This document shows, piece after piece, positions 9,277-17,604 of a stretch of 64,000 nucleotides of DNA. Numbering within the stretch: the stretch's first letter is position 1; every line of letters starts with the position of its first letter. The stretch spans positions 5,995 through 69,994 of the forward strand of contig NZ_JBJXEN010000010.1 of the NCBI RefSeq assembly GCF_046153165.1, in the 5' to 3' direction. The notes beneath the pieces were generated by a model. It searched no databases. It was not told the origin of the DNA and was given only the letters and a program-made list of their open reading frames with translations. This DNA is from Flavobacterium sp. GTDB taxonomy: Bacteria; Bacteroidota; Bacteroidia; Flavobacteriales; Flavobacteriaceae. The position numbers and the translations under genes are program-made.

Positions 9277-10815
9277 TTAGTCGTGAAGTGTATTAATTTT
9301 TTTATCAATGTAAATCATTCCAATTATGAAACAAACTGCTGCAATTCCTATTGGATACCATAATCCTTCTAAATAAAATTCTGGGTTTCCAGCATCTTTA
9401 GCCGAAGTTACGAAATAAGTAGATATCGCAGGAAGTAATCCTCCAAAAATACCGTTTCCAACGTGATATGGTAATGACATTGATGTATATCTAATTTTTA
9501 CAGGGAACATTTCGACAAGGAAAGCTGCAATTGGACCATAGACCATCGTTACAAAAATTACTTGAATAAAGACTAGAAAAATAAGCATCCATCGATCACT
9601 GCTATTAATAGTTTTAGTCACTTTAGTATCTACTTTGTCTTTTCCTTTATCATCTACTAATACTTTTCCGTTTTCTATGTGAATGGTTTTTATCTCTTCT
9701 ACGGTAGTTCCATCTACATATGCTTTTGTAGTAGTATAAATAGAATCTAATTTAGTAGCATCAATTTCTTTGATAGATGGAACCACTTTAGTTTGTTCTA
9801 CAATTTCAGTTTTTAAAGCTAAATCTGTAGTTTGATACATGGCTTTGTATATTGGTCTGTATAGCAAAATTGCTAATAACATTCCTCCCATCATAATGTA
9901 TTTTCTACCTATTTTATCACTCAACCAACCAAACACGATAAAGAATGGTGTTCCAAAAATTAAAGCTATTCCTAATGACATATCTACTTGAGATGAATCG
10001 ACACCCATTACGGTTTTCATAAAGTTCATCGCATAAAATTGCCCTGTATACCACACAACTCCTTGTCCCATTGTGGCACCAAACAATGCAAGCAAAACAA
10101 ATTTTAAATTGTATTTGTTTCCAAAACTTTCTTTTAGAGGATTTGTAGATGTTTTTCCTTCTGATTTTGCTTTTGCAAATACAGGAGATTCATCCATATT
10201 TTTACGAATCATATACGATACAAATACCATGATGATTGAAACCCAAAACGGTACTCTCCATCCCCATTCGTCAAAAGCTTCTTTAGATAAAACGCTTTTT
10301 GTTATAAGAATTACCATCAATGAAATAAACAAACCAACTGTTGCTGTAGTTTGAATCCATGAAGTCCAATAACCTTTTTGACCAGCTGGTGCATGTTCTG
10401 CTACATAAGTTGCAGCTCCACCATATTCGCCACCAAGCGCTAAACCTTGTAACAAACGCAATACTAAAACTAATAATGGAGCAAAAAAACCAATGCTTTC
10501 ATAACTCGGAATACAACCTATTAGGAAAGTGGCTCCACCCATTAATAATAATGTAACCATAAATGTATATTTTCTTCCTATCAAATCGCCTAAACGACCG
10601 AAGAATAATGCTCCAAAAGGGCGAACTACAAAACCTGCTGCAAATGTTGCTAATGTAGATAAGAAGGCAGCTGTAGGATTATCTGAAGGGAAAAATTTAG
10701 TAGAAATTACCACTGCTAAACTTCCAAAGATGTAGAAGTCATACCATTCTATCATTGTTCCCATTGAGGAGGCTGAAATTACTTTCCAGATTCCTTTTGT
10801 TGATTTTTCTTTCAT
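9277..10815 (-). CDS. MFS transporter, metabolite:H+ symporter (MHS) family
   Basis: GTMIEWYDF, RPFGALFFGRLGDLIGRK and QGLALGGEYGGA motifs. Confidence 0.9.
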   Translation of the reverse strand: MKEKSTKGIWKVISASSMGTMIEWYDFYIFGSLAVVISTKFFPSDNPTAAFLSTLATFAAGFVVRPFGALFFGRLGDLIGRKYTFMVTLLLMGGATFLIGCIPSYESIGFFAPLLVLVLRLLQGLALGGEYGGAATYVAEHAPAGQKGYWTSWIQTTATVGLFISLMVILITKSVLSKEAFDEWGWRVPFWVSIIMVFVSYMIRKNMDESPVFAKAKSEGKTSTNPLKESFGNKYNLKFVLLALFGATMGQGVVWYTGQFYAMNFMKTVMGVDSSQVDMSLGIALIFGTPFFIVFGWLSDKIGRKYIMMGGMLLAILLYRPIYKAMYQTTDLALKTEIVEQTKVVPSIKEIDATKLDSIYTTTKAYVDGTTVEEIKTIHIENGKVLVDDKGKDKVDTKVTKTINSSDRWMLIFLVFIQVIFVTMVYGPIAAFLVEMFPVKIRYTSMSLPYHVGNGIFGGLLPAISTYFVTSAKDAGNPEFYLEGLWYPIGIAAVCFIIGMIYIDKKINTLHD

Positions 10816-10842
10816 ATAGTATACTTTTTAAATTTATTTTTA

Positions 10843-12150
10843 TTAAAATGAATAAGCGCAAGAAACCATTACTCTAACATTAGATACATCTCTAGAGTTT
10901 AAATCGGCTGATCCGTTTCCATTAGCATTTAAATCACCCCAAGTCGCTGCTGTATATTCAACTTCTGGAGTTACTCTGAATTTATTTTGTTTAAAATCTA
11001 CTCTTCCTGCAACTCTCATTACCTGATCAACAACTCTAGTTCCAGAAACACCTCTCATATAATATTTTACTGTTTCACCTGGATTTAAAGAACGACCTGT
11101 TCCATCATTAGTTGTCATACCAAAAAACAAACCTGGAGCAATTTTTTTACCATTACTCGCTACATCTAGCCAAAAAGCAGTTGCTTTTGATGCTTCGTAT
11201 TTTTCAACTTCATTTACTGCAGTATAACCAGCAAAACCTCCTAACATGACTTGATTTTGCATGTTCAAACCTGAAATTCCGTAAGCTTTAACAGAAAATT
11301 TATCATTAGAATACTTAACATATCCCACAACAGACGAACTATTTACTTTTTCAGTCGTTAAAACTTTTGTCCCTGATGGAGCTAAAGTAAAATCGGTTAA
11401 GGGTTGGATAGATTTAAATTCCGCTCCCATACCTGCAATCCAGTTTTTATTTTTATATTGAAATTGTCCGTGTAAAGTAGGCATCACAGAATTAATTGTA
11501 CCTGAGTTCTGGGTTCCAATTGTTGCTGTTGTTGCAGCAAACTCTCTCTCTTTATATACTGTTAAAGCAAAAGATAATTCTTTAGTGAAGTTTTGTTTTA
11601 ATTTTATTTGAGTTGCCCAACCAAATGGGTTGAACATAATTCCTGTGTTAAAATTTGCTACACCTGGAAAAACCTCTGGAATAAATGTTGGATACCAAGT
11701 TTGCCCGACTGTCAATGAAGTTTTTGACCAATCCATGTTAACATAAGCATGTCTTAATCTAAAAAGCCCAATTGAAGAACCTTCTACATTTCCGAAGAAA
11801 TCGCCTTCTAATGTCCCGCTCATTTTTGCACCCCATACATTTGGTCCTTTTACTTTAGTTCCAAGTCTTGAGATTACTGATAAATAGTTTGATGAAGGAA
11901 CATCATTAAAATCATCGCCAGAAACTGGAGAATCTAATGGATAAAGATTTAATTCACCCTCTCTTACTTGTGCAGATTTTCTAGTATCATAAAAGAAGTC
12001 AGTTCTAATAAAACCATAAAGGCTAACATCCCATTCTTTTTCTACAGGTACAGGAGTAGGAACAATAGGAATTGTTTCTGTGGCTGGTGTTTGTGAAAAT
12101 CCTTTTATGGAAGCCATTCCTAATAAAAGAATTAAATAATGTTTTTTCAT
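10843..12150 (-). CDS. Outer-membrane beta-barrel porin, DcaP-like
   Basis: Signal peptide, YGFIRTD, SRLG, EGDFFG, FRLRHAY and GQTW motifs; C-terminal aromatic YSF. Confidence 0.75.
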   Translation of the reverse strand: MKKHYLILLLGMASIKGFSQTPATETIPIVPTPVPVEKEWDVSLYGFIRTDFFYDTRKSAQVREGELNLYPLDSPVSGDDFNDVPSSNYLSVISRLGTKVKGPNVWGAKMSGTLEGDFFGNVEGSSIGLFRLRHAYVNMDWSKTSLTVGQTWYPTFIPEVFPGVANFNTGIMFNPFGWATQIKLKQNFTKELSFALTVYKEREFAATTATIGTQNSGTINSVMPTLHGQFQYKNKNWIAGMGAEFKSIQPLTDFTLAPSGTKVLTTEKVNSSSVVGYVKYSNDKFSVKAYGISGLNMQNQVMLGGFAGYTAVNEVEKYEASKATAFWLDVASNGKKIAPGLFFGMTTNDGTGRSLNPGETVKYYMRGVSGTRVVDQVMRVAGRVDFKQNKFRVTPEVEYTAATWGDLNANGNGSADLNSRDVSNVRVMVSCAYSF

Positions 12151-12254
12151 AATAGATACAATTTGGTTATTAGTTGGTTGGTTTTAACACTGCCAAATTG
12201 TAACTTTTTATCAAGAAAAAAAATAATGATATATATATATGTAAACTAATATAG

Positions 12255-12674
12255 CTAATCTTTAAAACGTTCCCATTTTATAAGCATAAATTTATCCCCA
12301 AGTTCGGTTATAACCATACCTGCTCCAGATAATAAATTTTTATTTTTAACATATTCTACAAGCTCTAAATGATTAAATATCTTATAAGTAGGATGGTAAT
12401 CGCCATGAGATGGCTTCTTTATTTTATATTCTTTTACCCAATTACTTACTGTAACATGAGAAACCCCAATAATACGTTCAATTTCTCGATAACTAAGCCC
12501 TTCTAGGTAGAGCTGCATAGCTTTGATAACATAATAATTATCTATCTTTTTACCTAGTTTATTGACTGTAAAATAATAATTACATTTTTTACATAAATAC
12601 CTTTGTTTATTATTGATCACACCACTTTTTACAATAGTATTATTTTGACATTTTGGGCAAGCTAAAATCTCCAT
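12255..12674 (-). CDS. IS1 InsA-like zinc-ribbon + HTH DNA-binding protein, no transposase catalytic domain
   Basis: CPKC-x19-CKKC ribbon with KSG..KQRYLC, HTH GLSYREIERIIGVSHVTVSNWV, unrelated ~55-aa C-terminus. Confidence 0.75.
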   Translation of the reverse strand: MEILACPKCQNNTIVKSGVINNKQRYLCKKCNYYFTVNKLGKKIDNYYVIKAMQLYLEGLSYREIERIIGVSHVTVSNWVKEYKIKKPSHGDYHPTYKIFNHLELVEYVKNKNLLSGAGMVITELGDKFMLIKWERFKD

Positions 12675-12933
12675 ATATATAAATTTTGCATAAATATATT
12701 AAATTAGCAATTATAATAAAACATTTTTATTGTTTTTGTTCATTAAAAATTATGTAGTAGTCAATTTTACTAGTAAAAAATTACATTTATAATAATTTTA
12801 TTAAAATTTAGCTTTCTAAATCATTTACAGGTTATTAAGATGCTTTTTTGTTAAAAGTTAATAATTTTTAATAACTGATTTATATATATCCTTATTATTT
12901 CGTTTAATTTGTAGTATAACAATATCGCTTTAT

Positions 12934-13539
12934 ATGGAATTTGATCCAGAAAATCTTGAACAATCAGCTATTTATAAATTACTTACAGGAGCTGTCATTC
13001 CACGGCCTATTGGTTGGATATCTAGTGTAAGTGAGGATGGAATAAACAACCTTGCTCCTTTTTCTTTTTTTAATGCGATTGGAGACGATCCTCCTCATGT
13101 CATGTTTTCAACAGTCAGAGGAAATAATACGAATAAGGATACCTTAAATAACGTATTATCTACTAAGCAGTTTGTAGTTAATATGGTTACAGAAGAGTTA
13201 GTTGAACAAATGAATATGACCTCACAATCAATTCCATCTGATGAAAGTGAATTTGAACTAGCTGGTCTTACTCCTATTGCTTCCGTAAAAGTAAAACCAA
13301 TGCGTGTTAAAGAAAGTCCTATTACTTTCGAATGTGAATTAGTTCACCACTACTCATTAGAAAATCACAAATTTGGCGGAGCTACGATGATTGTTGGTAA
13401 AATAATAATGATGCACATTGATGAAAGTGTCTTACTAGATAATTACAAAATAAATATGAATACTTACAAACCTGTAGCTCGTTTAGCAGGTTCAAATTAT
13501 AGCAAAATAGGGGAAATATTTTCAATAAAAAGAAGTTAG
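12934..13539 (+). CDS. Flavin reductase-like FMN-binding split-barrel protein (COG1853/DIM6-NTAB type)
   Basis: VIPRPIGWISS, NLAPFSFFN and KDTLNN motifs. Confidence 0.85.
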   Translation: MEFDPENLEQSAIYKLLTGAVIPRPIGWISSVSEDGINNLAPFSFFNAIGDDPPHVMFSTVRGNNTNKDTLNNVLSTKQFVVNMVTEELVEQMNMTSQSIPSDESEFELAGLTPIASVKVKPMRVKESPITFECELVHHYSLENHKFGGATMIVGKIIMMHIDESVLLDNYKINMNTYKPVARLAGSNYSKIGEIFSIKRS

Positions 13540-13646
13540 CATTTAAAAAAAACATAAAAGAAGGAACACCAATTAGAGAAATCTGACAAATTTCAAAAAT
13601 TATTCTAATTCTTTAATCGGTGATAAAAAAAACATAAACAATAAAA

Positions 13647-13697
13647 AACCGTGTGAATCTGCGTCTTCGCTTTTGCGAATCCGTTTTATCCGCGTTC
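13647..13697. repeat. Intergenic GC-richer element with AATC(C/T)G units and a ttcgc-tttt-gcgaa hairpin
   Basis: Visible in sequence; related AATCTG units recur at 19295-19323. Confidence 0.45.
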
Positions 13698-13707
13698 AAT
13701 TAAAAAT

Positions 13708-15993
13708 ATGAAAATAGCAGTAATTGGTGGTGGTCCAGGAGGACTTTATTTTTCGATATTAACTAAAAAAGCGATGCCTCATTGGCAAATAGACATTTAT
13801 GAACGTAATAAAGCGGACGATAGTTTTGGATTTGGCGTTGTGTTTTCCGATGAGACATTAGGAGAATTCTTAAAACGCGATATGCAATCGTATGAATTAA
13901 TTCGTAGTAAATTTGCCTATTGGGACGATATTGTTGTAGCACGTGATGGAGAATCTGTAAGTATTGCTGGTAATGGTTTTTGCGGTTGCTCTAGAAAAAC
14001 GCTTCTACAGTTGCTGCAACAAAGATGTCTTGAAGAAGGTATAAACCTTCATTTTGAACAAAATGTCGATGATTTATCACAATTCGAAGATGCCGATATT
14101 ATTGTGGCTTGCGACGGAATTGCAAGTGGAATTCGTACTAAATATGAAAAAGATTTTGGTACAAAAATAGAAATGAAAAAAAATCGTTTCGTTTGGCTAG
14201 GATCTACAAAACCTTTAGACGCTTTTACTTATTTCTTCAGAACTACAGAATTCGGAACTATTGTAGCACATTCCTATCAATATGAAGAAGGAATGAGTAC
14301 TTGGATTTTTGAATGTTCCGATGAAACTTGGCAAAAATTTAATTTTGAAGTCACCAATGAAGAAGATACTATTGCTAAAATTTCAGAAATCTTTAAAGAT
14401 GAATTAGATGGTCATCCACTAATTTCAAATAAATCACATTGGCGTCAATTTCCACATGTAACCAATGAGAATTGGTATCATAAAAATATCGTTTTGTTAG
14501 GTGATGCCAAAGCCACAGCGCATTATTCCATCGGTTCTGGAACAAAATTAGCTATGGATTGCGCCATCGGACTTTCTGATGCGGTAATTGCAAATCCAAA
14601 TGATGTGCAAACTGCATTTCAACAATATGATAAAACTAGGAGAAATACAGTCGAAATGATTCAATATGCGGCATTAGTGTCGCTAGACTGGTTCGAAAAT
14701 ATGGATAGAAATAACCAACATCCTTTTCAACAATTTGCTTTCGGATGCATGACACGTTCTAAAAAAGTAACTTTCGAAAATTTGTGTTTACGAGATAAAT
14801 CATTTACAGACAAAGTTTTAGAAGAATTTAATAACAATAATCATGTTGATGACAAAATCCAACCAGCAGCATTTTCAAAATTTAAACTTCGTGATTTAGA
14901 CTTACAAAACCGAATTGCAATGTCTTCTATGGGACAATATTCTGCTGAAAACGGATTGGTAAACGACTGGCATTTCCAACATTACACTTCAAGAGCAATT
15001 GGTGGTTTAGGTTTAATTTTAACAGAAATGACAGCCATTTCTGAAACAGGAAGAATTACAGAAGGTTGTGCCGGAATTTATACTGATAATCAAATTAAAG
15101 AATGGAAACGAATTAACAATTTCATTCATCAACATACACAAACAAAAATCGGAATTCAATTAGGACATTCTGGACGAAAAGGCGCTACAAAAAAACCTTG
15201 GGAAGATACTTTTACTGGAACAAGTTGGGGATTACTTTCCGCTTCTGCTATTCCTTTTAACGAAAGTGCACTAACTCCAAAAGCGATGACTTTAGCCGAT
15301 ATGGATTTGATAATTTCTCAATTCGTACAAGCAACAAAAAATGCTAATGATGCTAATTTTGATATGATAGAATTACAAGCACATCACGGATTTTTATTAG
15401 CTTCTTTCTTATCTCCATTAACAAATAACAGAACTGATGAATTCGGTGGAAGTAACGAAAACCGATTAAAATTTCCATTACGCGTTTTTACAGAAATGCG
15501 AAACGCTTTCCCAAAAGAAAAACCAATGTCTGTACGAATTTCAGCAACAGATTGGGCAGAAAACGGAATTTCATCAGCAGATGTAATTGCAATTTCTGAA
15601 GCTTTTAAATCAGCTGGTGCTGATATTATAAATGTTTCTACTGGAAATACAGTGGCCAATCAAAAAACTCAAACAGGAAGAATGTGGCAAACACCTTTTT
15701 CAGATGCGGTGAGAAATACAGTTCATATTCCAACCATAACGGCTGGTTATATTCAAGATATTGATCAAATAAATACGATAATTCTAAACGGAAGAGCAGA
15801 TTTAGTAGCTTTAGGAAGACCTTTATTATTAGATGCGAATTTTGTAAGAAATGCTCAAGCTTACGAACAATTTCAACCAACTGATATTCCAAATCAATAC
15901 AAAATGGGAATTTCACATTTGTATCCGTTAAAAGCCTCTGAAAGAAAACAGGTTGAAGGAATGAAAAAGGCATTGAAACCAAAGAGTAATTAG
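13708..15993 (+). CDS. Bifunctional aroyl-CoA 5-hydroxylase / OYE-like oxidoreductase (2-aminobenzoyl-CoA monooxygenase/reductase, salicylyl-CoA 5-hydroxylase family)
   Basis: N-terminal GGGPGG, FGFGVVFSD, GDAKATAHYSIGSGTKLA; C-terminal OYE barrel (QLGHSGRK, SPLTNNRTDEFGGS); 761 aa. Confidence 0.9.
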   Translation: MKIAVIGGGPGGLYFSILTKKAMPHWQIDIYERNKADDSFGFGVVFSDETLGEFLKRDMQSYELIRSKFAYWDDIVVARDGESVSIAGNGFCGCSRKTLLQLLQQRCLEEGINLHFEQNVDDLSQFEDADIIVACDGIASGIRTKYEKDFGTKIEMKKNRFVWLGSTKPLDAFTYFFRTTEFGTIVAHSYQYEEGMSTWIFECSDETWQKFNFEVTNEEDTIAKISEIFKDELDGHPLISNKSHWRQFPHVTNENWYHKNIVLLGDAKATAHYSIGSGTKLAMDCAIGLSDAVIANPNDVQTAFQQYDKTRRNTVEMIQYAALVSLDWFENMDRNNQHPFQQFAFGCMTRSKKVTFENLCLRDKSFTDKVLEEFNNNNHVDDKIQPAAFSKFKLRDLDLQNRIAMSSMGQYSAENGLVNDWHFQHYTSRAIGGLGLILTEMTAISETGRITEGCAGIYTDNQIKEWKRINNFIHQHTQTKIGIQLGHSGRKGATKKPWEDTFTGTSWGLLSASAIPFNESALTPKAMTLADMDLIISQFVQATKNANDANFDMIELQAHHGFLLASFLSPLTNNRTDEFGGSNENRLKFPLRVFTEMRNAFPKEKPMSVRISATDWAENGISSADVIAISEAFKSAGADIINVSTGNTVANQKTQTGRMWQTPFSDAVRNTVHIPTITAGYIQDIDQINTIILNGRADLVALGRPLLLDANFVRNAQAYEQFQPTDIPNQYKMGISHLYPLKASERKQVEGMKKALKPKSN

Positions 15994-16008
15994 AAGTAAT
16001 TAGAAATT

Positions 16009-17598
16009 ATGAAACATTACGAAGATAATTTCGCTCACAATAGTTTACCAAGTTTGGACTTACAACCAGAATATAAATTCTTGGGTTTACCACAATTCAA
16101 TCGTCCAGAAATGCTTAATTGTGTGGAAAAATTACTCGACAATCATATAGCTGAAGGTCGTGGAAACAACATTTGCATCAGAACTTTCGAGGAAACTTGG
16201 ACATATCAGGATTTATACGAAAAAGCCAATCAAATAGCACATGTTTTAGTCGAAGATTTAGGTTTAAAATCAGGAAATCGTGTATTGATTCGTTCGGCTA
16301 ATAATCCAATGATGGTCGCTTGCTGGTTTGCAGTGTTAAAAGCTGGCGGAATTGTTGTCGCAACTATGCCTTTGTTACGTTCCAAAGAATTAACTACAAT
16401 TATAGATTGCGCCGAAATTTCTCATGCTTTTTGCGATAGCAATTTATCTGATGAAATGAACTTAGTAAAGTCTAGTTTTCTAAAAAAGGTTTGTTATTAT
16501 AAAAATTCCGATTTAGAGAAGTTGATGGAAACTAAACCAAAAACATTTCATAATTTTCATACCAAAGCAGATTCAGTTGCCCTAATTGGTTTCACTTCAG
16601 GGACTACAGGTCTGCCTAAAATGACAGCACATTATCACAAAGATATTCTTAATATTTGTGAAGCTTTCCCACAATATTCATTACAACCAACTGAAATCGA
16701 TGTTTTTACAGGAAGTCCACCTCTAGGTTTTACGTTCGGATTAGGCGGATTGGTTTTATTTCCCATGTATTTTGGCGCTTCCACATTTTTAATCGAAAAA
16801 CCAAGTCCAGATTTACTTTTAAAAGTCATTGAAGAATACAAAATAACGATTTGTTTTACAGCTCCAACAGCTTGGAGAATTATCACTACAAAAGTGAATA
16901 AATTTAATGTTTCCAGCTTACGCAAATGTATATCTGCTGGAGAAACATTACCCTTAAAAGTTTGGCAAGATTGGTATAATGCTACAGGATTAAAAATCAT
17001 AGACGGAATCGGTGCTACCGAAATGCTACATATTTTTATTTCATCTAACGAAGAAAATATGAAACCAGGATCAACTGGTATAGCAATTACTGGTTATGAA
17101 GCTAAAATTATTGATATAAATGGTGATGAAGTTTCAAGAAATGAACCAGGAAGATTAGCCGTTCGTGGAATTACTGGTTGTAAATACTTAAACCGAGAAG
17201 ACAAACAACGAGAATATGTAGAAAACGGTTGGAACATCACTGGAGATATTTTCCGTCAAGATGAAGAAGGTTATTTTTATTTTGTGGCTCGCGGTGACGA
17301 TATGATTATTTCTTCGGGGTATAATATTGCTGCAATTGAAGTAGAAAGTGTACTTTTAACCCACGAAGATATTCTAGAATGTGCAGTAGTAGGATTACCA
17401 GATGAAGAACGAGGAATGCTAGTTTGTGCACACATTGTTTTAAAAGAAAATGACAAAGCAAACGATGAATTAACTAAAACTATTCAACAATGGTTCAAAG
17501 AAGTAGCTGCTCCATATAAATATCCAAGAGTAATTAATTTTGTAGAAGAATTGCCAAAAACTGAAACTGGAAAAATACAACGATTTAAATTAAAATAA
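16009..17598 (+). CDS. Aromatic acid--CoA ligase, 2-aminobenzoate-CoA ligase (AbmG)-type
   Basis: FTSGTTGLPK, SPPLGFTFGLG, DGIGATEMLHIFIS and LPKTETGKIQRF motifs. Confidence 0.85.
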   Translation: MKHYEDNFAHNSLPSLDLQPEYKFLGLPQFNRPEMLNCVEKLLDNHIAEGRGNNICIRTFEETWTYQDLYEKANQIAHVLVEDLGLKSGNRVLIRSANNPMMVACWFAVLKAGGIVVATMPLLRSKELTTIIDCAEISHAFCDSNLSDEMNLVKSSFLKKVCYYKNSDLEKLMETKPKTFHNFHTKADSVALIGFTSGTTGLPKMTAHYHKDILNICEAFPQYSLQPTEIDVFTGSPPLGFTFGLGGLVLFPMYFGASTFLIEKPSPDLLLKVIEEYKITICFTAPTAWRIITTKVNKFNVSSLRKCISAGETLPLKVWQDWYNATGLKIIDGIGATEMLHIFISSNEENMKPGSTGIAITGYEAKIIDINGDEVSRNEPGRLAVRGITGCKYLNREDKQREYVENGWNITGDIFRQDEEGYFYFVARGDDMIISSGYNIAAIEVESVLLTHEDILECAVVGLPDEERGMLVCAHIVLKENDKANDELTKTIQQWFKEVAAPYKYPRVINFVEELPKTETGKIQRFKLK

Positions 17599-17604
17599 AC
17601 AATA

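Noticed and set aside
12216-12240. A8 and (AT)6 tracts upstream of the porin as a phase-variation switch
   Set aside because: Short tracts are expected in such AT-rich DNA, and no consensus promoter could be anchored around them.
12255-12674. Active IS1/IS1595 element
   Set aside because: No DDE/InsB frame, no A6C slippery site and no inverted repeats or target duplication recognised; treated as a domesticated protein instead.
12765-12778. Palindrome TTTTACTAGTAAAA as an operator in the divergent promoter region
   Set aside because: Low complexity and single occurrence; plausible, but unsupported without conservation data.
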